A stretch of DNA of 64,000 bases from Gammaproteobacteria bacterium. GTDB taxonomy: Bacteria > Pseudomonadota > Gammaproteobacteria > S012-40. Positions 48,755 through 59,631 of the stretch are shown here, in pieces. Where the stretch lies: contig CAKKRP010000023.1 in NCBI GenBank assembly GCA_919902765.1, positions 744 to 64,743 of the forward strand, given 5' to 3'. The translations under genes were made by a program, and so were the position numbers. Within the stretch, counting starts at the first letter, position 1; each line of letters opens with the position of its first letter. A model generated the notes under the pieces. That model had not been told where the DNA came from. It worked only from the letters and a program-made list of their open reading frames with translations, and searched no databases.

Positions 48755-50164
48755 TTATAAGGCCTCAGAGGCATAGTCCGCCAGTCTGGAACGTTCGCCG
48801 CGCTGTAAGGTGATATGCGCGCCATGTGGCCAAGATTTAAAGCGATCCACCACATAGGTAAGCCCGGAGGTCGTTTCGGTCAGGTATGGGGTGTCGATTT
48901 GGGCGACATTGCCCAGGCACACCACTTTGGTGCCGGGACCGGCGCGCGTGATTAGGGTTTTCATTTGTTTCGAGGTCAGATTTTGCGCCTCGTCGATGAT
49001 CAGGAATTTATTCAGAAATGTGCGCCCGCGCATGAAATTCAGCGAGCGGATCTTGATGCGATTTTTGAGCAAATCGTGCGTCGCGGCGCGTTCCCAATCG
49101 CCGGCACCGCCGGAGTTGGTGAGCACATCTAGATTGTCCATCAAGGCACCCATCCAAGGGGTCATTTTTTCTTCTTCCGTGCCCGGCAAAAAGCCGATGT
49201 CTTCACCGACCGGGATGGTGACGCGCGTGACGATGATTTCGCTGAAACGCTTTTGTTCCAGGGTCATATTCATCGCCGCCGCGAGCGTCAGCAAGGTCTT
49301 GCCGGAACCCGCTTGGCCCAGTAAGGTGACGAAATCGATGTCGGGATCCATTAACACATTGAGCGCGAAATTTTGCTCGCGATTACGTGCATTGACGCCC
49401 CATACGTTGTGCCGCGTATTGCGTGCGTTACGGAAATCCTGCAATAATTCCAAGCGCGCGGTGGTGCCGTTCTTCTCGCGCACAATTGCGTCAAAACTGT
49501 CGTCCGTGCTGTAAATGAATTGGTTGGGATACCAGTGTGCGACGTGCTCATGCGTGATTTCGTAAAACGTGCGCCCGTTTTCGTGCCAGGTTTTGATATC
49601 TTTACGCTGTTTTTCCCAAAAATCATCGGCCAACGCCGTAGCGCCGGTGTAGAGCAAGTTGACATCGTCAAGGACTTGATCATTGTAATAATCTTCAGCG
49701 GGTATGCCCAGCGCGGCGGCCTTGATCCGCATATTAATGTCTTTACTGACCAGCACCACGTCCGTCTTGGACGAGGTTTTGCGCAACGCCAAGGCGGTAC
49801 CGAGTATCGAGTTGTCGGATTTGTTGCCGGGCAGTATGTTCGGAATATCGGTCGCGAGTTGTTCGGTTTGGACGAACAATTTACCGACTTTGAAATTGCC
49901 GGTGATAGGCGCAGGCAAGGGCAGACCGTGTTTAATTTGCTCTTGTGTCGCGCCTTTGATGACATCTTCGATAAACCGGCTGGCCTGCCGCGTATTGCGC
50001 GCGATTTCCGAATTGCCGCGTTTATGTCCGTCGAGTTCTTCCAACACCATCATGGGCACATACACATCGTGTTCATGAAAGCGGAACAAACAGGCGGGAT
50101 CGTGCATTAAAACGTTGGAATCGAGAACAAAAAGCCGCTTACCGGTGTGTTTAGATGTAACCAC
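48755..50164 (-). CDS. PhoH-family PIN-domain ATPase
   Basis: FVLDSNVLMHDP; GQAGSGKT; RGRT; DEAQN. Confidence 0.93.
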   Translation of the reverse strand: MVTSKHTGKRLFVLDSNVLMHDPACLFRFHEHDVYVPMMVLEELDGHKRGNSEIARNTRQASRFIEDVIKGATQEQIKHGLPLPAPITGNFKVGKLFVQTEQLATDIPNILPGNKSDNSILGTALALRKTSSKTDVVLVSKDINMRIKAAALGIPAEDYYNDQVLDDVNLLYTGATALADDFWEKQRKDIKTWHENGRTFYEITHEHVAHWYPNQFIYSTDDSFDAIVREKNGTTARLELLQDFRNARNTRHNVWGVNARNREQNFALNVLMDPDIDFVTLLGQAGSGKTLLTLAAAMNMTLEQKRFSEIIVTRVTIPVGEDIGFLPGTEEEKMTPWMGALMDNLDVLTNSGGAGDWERAATHDLLKNRIKIRSLNFMRGRTFLNKFLIIDEAQNLTSKQMKTLITRAGPGTKVVCLGNVAQIDTPYLTETTSGLTYVVDRFKSWPHGAHITLQRGERSRLADYASEAL

Positions 50165-50329
50165 TCAAGAATCCTACCTAGCTGCCTGTGGTTTACACCA
50201 TACCGCAAAACGTATGCCGGTATCTAGTGCTATGCGCCACGTCCTCCGTCGCGCGTTACCAAGGGGTATCGCGTCATTAAGTGATCGGGCAGGCCTCGGA
50301 ACCTGCCCAAGTTACCGCGAATTTTCCGG

Positions 50330-50797
50330 TTAACCCAGCGCACGCGCCGCTGCCAAGACCTCTTCGACATGTCCATCCACCTTGACCTTGCGCCATTCCT
50401 GGCGTAACACGCCCTGACGGTCGATCAAAAATGTGCTGCGTTCTATGCCCATTACCTTGCGGCCGTACATGTTTTTTTCTTTAATCACGTCAAATAAATC
50501 GCACACCTTGCTATCGACGTCGGCCAGTAGCTCAAAGGTGTAGCCATATTTGGCCTTGAATTTATTATGTGAAATTAGGTCGTCGCGCGAAATACCCAAT
50601 ATTATGGTATTAGCATTTTGAAACTCGGCCCCGTGTTGCGTAAAGCCTTGGCCTTCGAGCGTGCAGCCGGGGGTGTCGTCCTTGGGATAAAAATAAAGCA
50701 CAATATGCTTACCTTGGGCGTCTGACAAACGAAACACATCGCCCGCTGTCGAAGGCAATTCAAAGGGCGGTACGGGTTTTCCAATGGCGAGGGTCAT
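50330..50797 (-). CDS. bcp: Peroxiredoxin Bcp/PrxQ
   Basis: LYFYPKDDTPGCT; GIERSTFLID. Confidence 0.93.
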   Translation of the reverse strand: MTLAIGKPVPPFELPSTAGDVFRLSDAQGKHIVLYFYPKDDTPGCTLEGQGFTQHGAEFQNANTIILGISRDDLISHNKFKAKYGYTFELLADVDSKVCDLFDVIKEKNMYGRKVMGIERSTFLIDRQGVLRQEWRKVKVDGHVEEVLAAARALG

Positions 50798-50985
50798 GCG
50801 AACTCCTAGGTCAAATGGGTGGCGATAAACACTAATCCTGTATATCGAGGCTGATTCACGGCATAATACGCCAATCGGGGCGTTCGATAAACAATGATGC
50901 GCTCGGGTATCTATAGTCTGGCCCTTGTCAGCGGGAATATTGCCCTTTACCATGCGCACTGCGCGTAGCGACGGAGTTAACGTAT

Positions 50986-51861
50986 ATGTTTCACGGCAGC
51001 ATGGTGGCCTTGGTCACCCCTATGCACAACGACGGGTCGATAGATTTGGCGGCCTTGGATCGCCTCCTTGAGTGGCATATCGCTCAGGGCACGCACGCGA
51101 TAGTTGCGGTAGGCACCACGGGCGAATCCTCGACGCTCGATTTTGACGAACATTGCGCGATGTTGCGCCATACGGTCGCGAAAGTGGCGGGACGTGTGCC
51201 CGTTATCGCCGGTACGGGGGCGAACGCCACGGCCGAGGCCATCGCATTGACGCAATGCGCCCTAGAGGCAGGTGCCGACGCCTGTTTGCTGGTCACGCCT
51301 TATTACAATAAACCGACCCAAGAAGGTTTGTACCGCCATTACAAGGCCATTGCCGAAGCGGTACCGATTCCGCAAATTTTATATAATGTGCCGGGGCGTA
51401 CGGCCTGTGATATGTTGCCTGCGACCGTCGAACGCCTGGCGGGCATTGCCAATATTGTAGGGATTAAAGAGGCCTCGGGGCATATCGAGCGGGTCAAGGA
51501 ATTGGTGGCGCGTTGTGGCAGTCAGTTAGATGTGTTGAGCGGCGAAGACGCGATCAATTTAGACGTGATCGCCGCCGGTGGTAAGGGGACGATCTCGGTG
51601 ACGGCCAATGTGGCCCCGCGTGCGATGTCGATGGCGTTGGCGGCGGCGTTAAAAGGCGATATGGCGACGGCGCGTGAAATCAACCGGCCGTTGGAAGAAC
51701 TGCATAAAGTATTATTTTTGGAAGCGAATCCGATACCGGTCAAATGGGCCTTGGCCGAGATGGGGATGATAGGGCGCGCTTTGCGTTTGCCGCTGACCGA
51801 ACTTTCGGCGCAATATCATGAGCGTGTGCGTAATGCCTTGCAACAGGCCGGTTGTCTTTAA
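50986..51861 (+). CDS. dapA: 4-hydroxy-tetrahydrodipicolinate synthase
   Basis: GTTGES; LYNVPGRT; GIKEA. Confidence 0.98.
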   Translation: MFHGSMVALVTPMHNDGSIDLAALDRLLEWHIAQGTHAIVAVGTTGESSTLDFDEHCAMLRHTVAKVAGRVPVIAGTGANATAEAIALTQCALEAGADACLLVTPYYNKPTQEGLYRHYKAIAEAVPIPQILYNVPGRTACDMLPATVERLAGIANIVGIKEASGHIERVKELVARCGSQLDVLSGEDAINLDVIAAGGKGTISVTANVAPRAMSMALAAALKGDMATAREINRPLEELHKVLFLEANPIPVKWALAEMGMIGRALRLPLTELSAQYHERVRNALQQAGCL

Positions 51862-51884
51862 AAATTTTCGTGAGCATATAAAAC

Positions 51885-52874
51885 ATGATTAAAATTTTCA
51901 GTGTGGGCATGCGTTTGACGCTGGTATTCAGCGTTGTATTGATAGGCGCATGCGCGACCAAGGGCGGCGGTTTGTATCAACGCGCCAAGACGATATCCGA
52001 TCTGGAAATTCCGCCCGATTTAACCAAACCGGTGGAAGACACCACCTATGAAATTCCAGGGTTCGGCGCCTTGTTGGCGCGCGAAGTGAGCTTGAGCGAT
52101 GGCGATAGTGTGCGCTTGGTGCGCGAGGGCGCGGTGCAATATCTGGAATTCCGCGCCGATGCGCAACGCTTATGGCAGCGCGTGCGCCAATTCTGGTTGG
52201 ATCGCGATGTCGCCATTCAATGGGAGTCGCCCGGATTGGGTGTCATGGAAACCGACTGGGTAAAAAATAAAAACAGTCGTTTTGCATTGGATAAATTCCG
52301 CGTGCGCGTGGAAGCGGGTCAAACGTCGGGTACGACGAAATTATATCTGACGCATCGCGGCATCCAACAAGTTTTTGTGCAGGGAGAAATGACCGATGCC
52401 TGGGGGCCGAGGATCAATGATCCCGAGTTAGAGGCCGAAATCATCGGCTATTTGCTTGAATATTTGAGCCTCGATAAATCGCGCGCCAGACAAATCGCCG
52501 AACAAGCGGCGGCGCTGGCGGCGGCGGCCAATGTGAAACTTGATCGCGAGGCCGTCGTATTGGCGATCAATGAGCCGCTCAGTCGCGCGTGGACACGCGT
52601 CGGCTTGGCGATGGAGCGTGAAGGCTATGTCATCGTCGATAGCCTGCGCGATCAAGGCATTTATCGCATACGCAATCGCACCGAAGAAATGAAAGATAAA
52701 CGTGAAGAACAGGCGCTCAAAGACCCACGTCCTGCGCGCCAGCAACAATTCGGCGTTAAAGTGGCGGCGGATGGCGAAAAATCGCGCGTGATGATACTGG
52801 ATAGTCGCGATAAGCCGGATACGTCATCGTTTGCGCGCGATGTATTGGCGCGGTTACAGTCGCAGTTATTGTGA
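51885..52874 (+). CDS. bamC: BamC/NlpB lipoprotein
   Basis: IGAC lipobox; LEIPPDL; GVMETDW; DPELEAE; between dapA and purC. Confidence 0.85.
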   Translation: MIKIFSVGMRLTLVFSVVLIGACATKGGGLYQRAKTISDLEIPPDLTKPVEDTTYEIPGFGALLAREVSLSDGDSVRLVREGAVQYLEFRADAQRLWQRVRQFWLDRDVAIQWESPGLGVMETDWVKNKNSRFALDKFRVRVEAGQTSGTTKLYLTHRGIQQVFVQGEMTDAWGPRINDPELEAEIIGYLLEYLSLDKSRARQIAEQAAALAAAANVKLDREAVVLAINEPLSRAWTRVGLAMEREGYVIVDSLRDQGIYRIRNRTEEMKDKREEQALKDPRPARQQQFGVKVAADGEKSRVMILDSRDKPDTSSFARDVLARLQSQLL

Positions 52875-52915
52875 GCGTAATTTTACGTTTTTGGTTAAGA
52901 GTAGAGGGTGGTTGA

Positions 52916-53629
52916 ATGACGACCAAGGGCAAGCAACTATATGCGGGCAAGGCTAAATCGGTGTATGAAACCGAGCATCCTGGGCAAATGATCATGTTAT
53001 TTCGCAATGATACCTCCGCCTTCGACGGTGAGCGGGTTGAGCAACTGGCGCGCAAGGGCATGGTCAATAATAAATTCAACGCCTTCATTATGCAGAAACT
53101 CGAACAAGGCGGGGTGCCGACGCATTTTATACGCCTGTTATCGGATCAAGAATCCTTGGTGAAACGCTTGGACATGATCCCGATAGAATGCGTGGTGCGC
53201 AACATCGCTGCAGGCAGTATTTGCCGACGTTTAGGCATTACCGAAGGCCTAGCGCTGAATCCGCCGACCTTTGAATTTTTTATGAAAAATGATGCTTTGC
53301 ACGACCCGATGATCAATGATTCGCACATCCGCGCCTTCGGTTGGGCGAGCGAGGCCGAGGTCGCGCGTATGCGTGAGTTGACCTTTAAGGTCAACATGTT
53401 ATTGAAAAAGATGTTCTTGGATGCCGGATTATTGCTGGTCGATTACAAGCTGGAATTCGGGCGCTATCAAGGGCAGGTCGTGCTGGGCGACGAATTTTCG
53501 CCCGATGGTTGCCGCCTGTGGGACGCGCAGACGCGCAAAAAACTCGATAAAGACCGCTTCCGTCAGAATTTGGGCGGTGTAATAGAGGGGTATGAAGAAG
53601 TCGCGCGACGTATCGGTATGGAAATCTAA
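52916..53629 (+). CDS. purC: SAICAR synthetase
   Basis: LYAGKAK; ECVVRN; DYKLEFG; DKDRFR. Confidence 0.98.
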   Translation: MTTKGKQLYAGKAKSVYETEHPGQMIMLFRNDTSAFDGERVEQLARKGMVNNKFNAFIMQKLEQGGVPTHFIRLLSDQESLVKRLDMIPIECVVRNIAAGSICRRLGITEGLALNPPTFEFFMKNDALHDPMINDSHIRAFGWASEAEVARMRELTFKVNMLLKKMFLDAGLLLVDYKLEFGRYQGQVVLGDEFSPDGCRLWDAQTRKKLDKDRFRQNLGGVIEGYEEVARRIGMEI

Positions 53630-53700
53630 CCTCGTTGTCTATCACCTCTATTGGCACGAAAAATATACGGATTATCTAAGGTAATCCGCCGCACTGCCGT

Positions 53701-53788
53701 TAATACCCCGGTAAACCTGAAAAAAGCCAGCGATGGGCTTGTGCCCAACATGAGTGGCACACATTTTTCAGTTATGTCGGGGTGGTTA
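53701..53788 (+). other. Candidate structured leader (three-way junction) upstream of the MCP gene
   Basis: Nested pairings ACCCCG/CGGGGT and CTGAAAAA/TTTTTCAG enclose AGCC/GGCT and TGTGCC/GGCACA hairpins. Confidence 0.4.
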
Positions 53789-53812
53789 GCGTCTGGCATG
53801 TGTGAGTAGGCA

Positions 53813-55855
53813 ATGAAAATTTTATATAACATACGGAATTACTTGCGTGGCCTATCTATTCGCTACAAGATATGGGCGGCGTTTGGTGTTATTCAGCTCT
53901 TTTTCGTCGCCATCGTGGGCGATACCCTTTTTAATTTGACAAACAGCCGCAATTCGGTCGCTACCGTGGTTGAAAACGTTCAACCTGCCGCCATGGCGAC
54001 CTTGGAGTTGAGCGCCCAGATCCAGGGTGCCGCAAGTTCGTTGGGTTTTTATTTGCTCAGCAATGACGGCGTGCATAAGACGGCCTATCAACAACGTATC
54101 GCCAGCGCCGAAGTTGAGTTGGCGCAACTTAAAAAATTGGCCGACAAACATTTGCAAAGCGATTTCGGCGCGGCGGTCGAAAAAGTCGATAAAGATTTTT
54201 CCGCCTTCAAAAAAGAAAGTCAGGGTTTGCTGCCGCTCGCCGAAAGTTTGATCGAAAATTCCCCGCCCTTAAAATACGCCTCTGGTTCGCTCAATCCCCT
54301 GACGTCGGAAATTTTGGGTGCAGCGGGTGAGATGGTGCGTTCTGAAAGTGGGGAGCCCGCGAATGCACAACGCAAAAAATTTCTGTTGGATATCGAGGCC
54401 ATGCGGTATGGATGGGCGATGGTCGCCTCCAATATGCGGATTTACATCTCTTTTGGCGGCGAGGATAATCTAAAAAATGTCAGACTCTTCACCGATCAAT
54501 TTGCCGAACAAATGAAAAAAGTTGATGCTCAAAAAAGTAAATATACATTTGAGCAAGAAGACGCGATGAAAACGATCAAAGAAAATTATCAAAAATTTAT
54601 GACTAATTTGGGGGTGATGGTGGAGTTACATCGCGGTGATCACGCGCGTGAAGATGCGTTTCGTATCCGCAATGCGCTCACGCCCATCATGCAGACCTTG
54701 GAGAAATCGTTAAAAAATCTATCTGAAAGTCAGGCCAGTATCATCCAAAACTCCGGTCGTGGCATGGTCGAAGGCCTGGTCGGTAGCATCATGTTTCAGT
54801 TGGGCCTGTTGATTGTTGGAATGATCGTGGGAGGTGTGGTGGCCATATTATTGGGTCGTGCGATTGTAGGGCGCGTCACGCTGACCGCTCAGACCATGCA
54901 CGATATCGCAACCGGCGAAGGCGATTTGACGCGTCGCTTGCCCGCAGGGCGCGATGAAATCGGTCGCTTGGCGAAGGGGTTCAACGAATTTGCGGCAAAA
55001 ATCCAAGAAGTCATTATGCGCGCTATCGAAGCGTTGGATCAAGTGAACGGTAAAGTACAGCGCTTAAAGGTGTTGTCGGAGCAAACCAGCCGAGGGGCGG
55101 ATCAACAACAAAACGATACGCAACAAGCGGCCTCTGCGGTGACCGAAATCACCGCCTCCGTGCAAGAAGTCGCGCGGAATACCGCAGCGGCCGCCAAAAA
55201 GGCGGAAGATGTCAACACCGAGGCGAGTAATGGGCGTCGCGTGGTGGCGCAAACCATAGACGCAATGGACAATTTGGCCAACGAGGTGGAATCCGCCACG
55301 CAAGTGATACATCGCTTACAAGAACATTCGCATGAGATAGGCGAAATCGTAGACATCATCAAGCAAATCGCCGAACAAACCAATTTGCTGGCCTTGAATG
55401 CGGCGATTGAGGCGGCGCGCGCGGGTGAGCAGGGCAGGGGTTTCGCGGTGGTGGCCGATGAGGTGCGCACCTTGGCGGCGCGTACGCAAGAATCGACAAA
55501 ACGAATTGAGGTCATGATAGGTACCTTGCAAGGCGGCACGCAAGAGGCGGTGGCAGCGATGGATCGCGGTCGCGCGCTGGCCAAAGGGGGCGTCGAACAA
55601 GCGGCGGGCGCGGGCGCGTCGTTGGAGCAAGTGACCCAGGCGGTGGGCGCGATGAGCGACATGAATACTCAAATCGCCAGTGCCGCAGAAGAACAGTCCG
55701 CGACAGTCGAACAAATCAATAAAACCATCAGCGCAATCCATCATATCGCCGAAGAAAACGCCGCCGGGGCGCAACAGACGCATTCCGCAATCAACGAATT
55801 AGTGGCGCTAAATAAGGAATTACAAGGATTGATGCGACAATTTAAAATCGAATAA
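53813..55855 (+). CDS. Methyl-accepting chemotaxis protein with a large helical periplasmic sensor
   Basis: Two TM; HAMP (GDLTRRL...DEIG); [34 protein letters not shown]. Confidence 0.96.
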   Translation: MKILYNIRNYLRGLSIRYKIWAAFGVIQLFFVAIVGDTLFNLTNSRNSVATVVENVQPAAMATLELSAQIQGAASSLGFYLLSNDGVHKTAYQQRIASAEVELAQLKKLADKHLQSDFGAAVEKVDKDFSAFKKESQGLLPLAESLIENSPPLKYASGSLNPLTSEILGAAGEMVRSESGEPANAQRKKFLLDIEAMRYGWAMVASNMRIYISFGGEDNLKNVRLFTDQFAEQMKKVDAQKSKYTFEQEDAMKTIKENYQKFMTNLGVMVELHRGDHAREDAFRIRNALTPIMQTLEKSLKNLSESQASIIQNSGRGMVEGLVGSIMFQLGLLIVGMIVGGVVAILLGRAIVGRVTLTAQTMHDIATGEGDLTRRLPAGRDEIGRLAKGFNEFAAKIQEVIMRAIEALDQVNGKVQRLKVLSEQTSRGADQQQNDTQQAASAVTEITASVQEVARNTAAAAKKAEDVNTEASNGRRVVAQTIDAMDNLANEVESATQVIHRLQEHSHEIGEIVDIIKQIAEQTNLLALNAAIEAARAGEQGRGFAVVADEVRTLAARTQESTKRIEVMIGTLQGGTQEAVAAMDRGRALAKGGVEQAAGAGASLEQVTQAVGAMSDMNTQIASAAEEQSATVEQINKTISAIHHIAEENAAGAQQTHSAINELVALNKELQGLMRQFKIE

Positions 55856-55911
55856 TAAATCATTGTTTACTAAATCCAACTAAGTTCTCTTGTCACTATT
55901 CAGCATGCGGG

Positions 55912-55991
55912 CATCCCCCTTTGGAAAAGGGGATGGAGGGGGATTTTATTCTTAAAAGTGGCGGCAAATCCCCCCTAGCACCCGTTTTTCA
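55912..55991. repeat. REP/MITE-like palindromic element
   Basis: CATCCCC-CTTTGGAAAA-GGGGATG hairpin followed by inverted AGGGGGATTT...AAATCCCCCCT. Confidence 0.55.
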
Positions 55992-56044
55992 TGCTAACGT
56001 TTATCGTGTCAGACGTTTTTCAATGTAAGGGGTGGGAGTCGTAA

Positions 56045-56428
56045 ATGAATTTCGAGAAAGTCATATTCGCCTTTTTTATTTTATTGGCATTTACGTTGAA
56101 TTTTGGGTTTTTCTATGGGGATATCGACAACCCGGCGCATCACAATGTGTATGAATTTTTCGCGGTCATTGTGGTTAACTTGATAGCGACGGTGTTGAAA
56201 CTCGGTGATCGCACGCATTTGGGTGCTGTGTTGCTGGCCACCAGTCTGGTGGCGGTGCTGCAATTAGTGGTGGCTGCGGTGGTGTGGGGCGTGGTGGTGT
56301 ATGGTAGCCCTGCGGGCATGACGCCGGAACACATGGCGTCGATTGTGTCGCTGTCAGCGGGCGCGGTGGCGGCCAATGTAGTGTCGGTGATTTTGTTGGT
56401 GTCTGAGACTTTGATGGGGCGTCGGTAG
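56045..56428 (+). CDS. Small 4-TM membrane protein (DUF6394-like) paired with the K+ channel
   Basis: EKVIFAFFILLAFTLNFGFFYG; NLIATVLKLG; ANVVSV. Confidence 0.75.
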   Translation: MNFEKVIFAFFILLAFTLNFGFFYGDIDNPAHHNVYEFFAVIVVNLIATVLKLGDRTHLGAVLLATSLVAVLQLVVAAVVWGVVVYGSPAGMTPEHMASIVSLSAGAVAANVVSVILLVSETLMGRR

Positions 56429-56449
56429 TCGCGAAATAGGCGTTATTCT

Positions 56450-58165
56450 ATGTTAAACATAGTATTTGTGTTGCTGCGCCGCCTGCAAGTGCCGTTGGTC
56501 GTATTGATCGTGGCCTATGCGGCGGCGGTGTTGGGCTTTGTGTTGATACCGGGCAAAGACGACCACGGTCAACCCTGGGACATGGGATTCTTGCATGCGT
56601 TTTATGTGGTAAGTTACACGGCAACCACCATCGGTTTCGGTGAACTGCCTTATTTGTTCACGGATATGCAACGCCTATGGATGACGTTGGTTGTTTATGT
56701 CACCGTCATCGCTTGGATGTATGCCATCGGTATGATTTTGGCGTTGATTCAAGACTCCGCGATACGCACGCTGATGAAGGAGCAGTTGTTTGTGCGCCAT
56801 GTGCGCCGTATTGTTGAACCGTTCTATTTGTTGTGCGGTTATGGGAATAGCGGCGGCAGCTTGGTGCGAGGACTGACCGGCGCGGGCTTGCGTGTGGTCG
56901 TGGTGGATTCCGACTCTGCAGCGATCGATGCATTGTCCATTGAAGATCTGCCGTTGCCAGTTCCGGGGCTGTGCCGGGATGCCGGATTGCCTGACACGCT
57001 GGTGATGGCAGGTTTGCAAAGCCGTCATTGCGCGGGTGTGTTGGTGTTGACCAAAGACGATGAGGTTAACGTAAAAATCGCGATTGCGACCAAATTGTTG
57101 TGTCCGCAACTGCTTACTATCGTGCGTGTGCATACGCAGGCGTTTGCCGACACCCTGGCGACTTTTGGCGTTGACTATACGCTAAACCAGTATGATCTAT
57201 TCACACGCATTTTTAAAAATGCGGTGCATGCACCCAGCTTATATGCATTGGACGAGCGGCTGACCAGTGTGCCAAATGAGGCGTGGTCGCCGCCCTTGGA
57301 GGTGCCGCGCGGACACTGGATCGTGTGCGGATATGGGCGCTTTGGTCAGGCCATGCACAAGGCCTTGCATGACGAGGGGGTTAGTTGTACGTTTATTGCC
57401 ACCGAGAAAAATAATGCCGCGCGGGCGCCGCGCCATGTTGTAGTAGGTGAGGCGACCAGCGTTGATGTCTTGGTCGAGGCCGGTGTACGCGACGCGAGCG
57501 CCATCATAGCGGGCACCGGCGACGACATGCGGAATTTAGCCATCGTAATGACCGCGCGGAGGTTGAACCCAACCATATTTGTCGTGGCGCGCCAACTTCA
57601 TATCGACAATGACGCACTGTTTCGAGCGGCGGCCATTCCGTTGGTGTTGCAACACGGTCAAGTGCTGGCGGGTGAGGCGTTTACCATCATCACGTCGCCG
57701 TTGGTGGTGGATTTTCTGCGCCTTACCGAACAGCACGATGAAGCCTGGGCGGATGCATTGCATCGCCGCATACACGCGTATACGGGTGAGCATAATCCTG
57801 ACCGTTGGACCGTGGACGTGCGATCCAACAGCGCGCCCGCCATTTGTCTAGTTCTGGCAAGAGGTCGGCGGATCAGTATCGGCGATCTGTGCCGCGATAC
57901 AAATGAGCGCGCGCGGTACACCCCCAGCATCGCATTGTTACTCAAGCGCGAATCGGAATTTACATTGTTGCCCGTCGCCACGCTGGAAGTGCGGAAAGGC
58001 GATAAAATATTGTTTTGCGGTGTTAAAGAAGCGCGTAAACAAATGGAATGGGTGACGCGCAATCACAATGTTTGTCACTATATTTTAACCGGTGAAGAAT
58101 CCACGCGAAATATCGCGACACTGATTACGCCCCGTACCGCGCGTGTAAAAAAACGGCAATCATAA
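56450..58165 (+). CDS. Potassium channel with two RCK/TrkA-N domains
   Basis: Pore motif TATTIGFGE; CGYGNSG and CGYGRFG Rossmann motifs. Confidence 0.9.
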   Translation: MLNIVFVLLRRLQVPLVVLIVAYAAAVLGFVLIPGKDDHGQPWDMGFLHAFYVVSYTATTIGFGELPYLFTDMQRLWMTLVVYVTVIAWMYAIGMILALIQDSAIRTLMKEQLFVRHVRRIVEPFYLLCGYGNSGGSLVRGLTGAGLRVVVVDSDSAAIDALSIEDLPLPVPGLCRDAGLPDTLVMAGLQSRHCAGVLVLTKDDEVNVKIAIATKLLCPQLLTIVRVHTQAFADTLATFGVDYTLNQYDLFTRIFKNAVHAPSLYALDERLTSVPNEAWSPPLEVPRGHWIVCGYGRFGQAMHKALHDEGVSCTFIATEKNNAARAPRHVVVGEATSVDVLVEAGVRDASAIIAGTGDDMRNLAIVMTARRLNPTIFVVARQLHIDNDALFRAAAIPLVLQHGQVLAGEAFTIITSPLVVDFLRLTEQHDEAWADALHRRIHAYTGEHNPDRWTVDVRSNSAPAICLVLARGRRISIGDLCRDTNERARYTPSIALLLKRESEFTLLPVATLEVRKGDKILFCGVKEARKQMEWVTRNHNVCHYILTGEESTRNIATLITPRTARVKKRQS

Positions 58166-58332
58166 ATCGAGTGGGTTTACGTTTCGATTCTCCCGCAGGC
58201 GGCGGCGCGCGCCGATGAGGCGTTGGTGTTGAAAGCGAAAGTCTTTAGGAATGCGTCCCCCTGCCCACCCCATCCCTAAAAAATGTTAAACTAACCCGCT
58301 TTGATTACAATTCCTACAAATTGGATGAGGGA

Positions 58333-58953
58333 ATGCTGCAAATCGAAAATATTTGTTGCGAACGCGGCGACCGGCGCTTGTTTCAGGGCCTGAGTTTCGC
58401 GGTGGGCGCGGGGGAAAGTATGCACGTGGTCGGTCACAATGGCAGTGGCAAGACCACGCTGCTGCGTGCGCTCGCCGGTTTGCTTGCGCCTACCGAGGGG
58501 ACCATCCGCTGGCGTGAAGAAGATATCCGTGATTTGGGTGAGGAATATCACCAGGAACTCGCCTACCTAGGCCATTTGAACGGTAACAAAGGCGACCTCA
58601 GCGTGTATGAAAATTTGCGTGTGGCGGCCTGCCTGGCCGGGCGCATGGTGACCCCTGAAGAGGTGACGGCAGCGTTGCGGCGCATAGGTTTGCACGATTG
58701 TGAGGACTTACCCGCGCGGATCCTTTCGCAGGGCCAGCAGCGCCGGGTGGCATTGGCGCGGTTGTTTTTGACTAAGGCGGCCTTGTGGGTGCTCGACGAA
58801 CCCTTTGTGGCCTTGGATACTGCTGCCGTGGCCACGTTGCAGCATGAAATCGACGAACATTTACGGCGCGGCGGAATTATTGTGCTCACCGCGCATCACG
58901 AGGTGCAACTAAATACGGGTGCGCCACGTCTATTGGAACTGGGGAGACACTAA
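58333..58953 (+). CDS. ccmA: Cytochrome c maturation ATPase CcmA
   Basis: GHNGSGKT; LSQGQQRRVALARL; WVLDEP. Confidence 0.96.
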   Translation: MLQIENICCERGDRRLFQGLSFAVGAGESMHVVGHNGSGKTTLLRALAGLLAPTEGTIRWREEDIRDLGEEYHQELAYLGHLNGNKGDLSVYENLRVAACLAGRMVTPEEVTAALRRIGLHDCEDLPARILSQGQQRRVALARLFLTKAALWVLDEPFVALDTAAVATLQHEIDEHLRRGGIIVLTAHHEVQLNTGAPRLLELGRH

Positions 58954-58956
58954 GCC

Positions 58957-59625
58957 ATGTGGGCAGCGGCGCGCATCGTCTTGTGGCGGGATGTCTTGTT
59001 GGCGGTGCGACGGCAGTCCGAGGTGGTGACCAGCCTGTTTTTCTTTATCTTGGTGGTCACGCTGTTTCCATTGGGCGTGGGGCCGGATATCGAGATGTTG
59101 CGCATCATTGCCCCCGGCGTGGTGTGGGTGGCGGCGTTGCTGGCGTCGATGTTGGCGCTCAATCGCATGTTTTCCGGCGATTATGTCGATGGCAGCCTGG
59201 AGCAAATGGTGCTGGCCGCGCAACCCTTGCCGGTGTTGGTGTTCAGCAAAATCTTGGCCCATTGGCTGGTGTCGGGCCTGCCCTTGGTGGTGATGGCACC
59301 GGTGCTGGGCCTGCAATTGGGTATGGATAGCGACAGTTTGCGTGTGCTCGTGATATCGTTATTGATCGGCACGCCGGTGTTGAGTTTGATCGGCGCGGTG
59401 GGCGCGGCGCTGACCTTGGGTCTGCGCGGGGGCGGGGTGTTGATTTCATTATTAGTGTTGCCTTTATATATCCCAGTGCTGATCTTTGGCGCGGGGGCGG
59501 TGGAGGCCACACAGGCGGGGTTGGGGGGCGACTCCCATTTGTATCTTTTGGGGGCGATTTGCGTGTTTTCGCTGTTATTGGGCCCGTGGGCCAGTAGCGC
59601 CGCCTTACGCATAGCGATGGAATAG
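58957..59625 (+). CDS. ccmB: CcmB
   Basis: LFPLGVGP; DYVDGSLEQ; LVLPLYIPVLIFG. Confidence 0.96.
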   Translation: MWAAARIVLWRDVLLAVRRQSEVVTSLFFFILVVTLFPLGVGPDIEMLRIIAPGVVWVAALLASMLALNRMFSGDYVDGSLEQMVLAAQPLPVLVFSKILAHWLVSGLPLVVMAPVLGLQLGMDSDSLRVLVISLLIGTPVLSLIGAVGAALTLGLRGGGVLISLLVLPLYIPVLIFGAGAVEATQAGLGGDSHLYLLGAICVFSLLLGPWASSAALRIAME

Positions 59626-59631
59626 GCGGCG

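Noticed and set aside
48928-48938. TGGTGCCGGGA identical to the tRNA-Leu 3' end
   Set aside because: An 11-nt match inside a conserved PhoH-family coding motif; chance.
53651-53667. sigma54 promoter at TTGGCACG upstream of the MCP
   Set aside because: No GC at the -12 position.
58183-58194. TTCGATTCTCCC matching the tRNA-Leu T-arm as a possible att site
   Set aside because: Only 12 nt, opposite orientation, no integrase, and core genes lie between.
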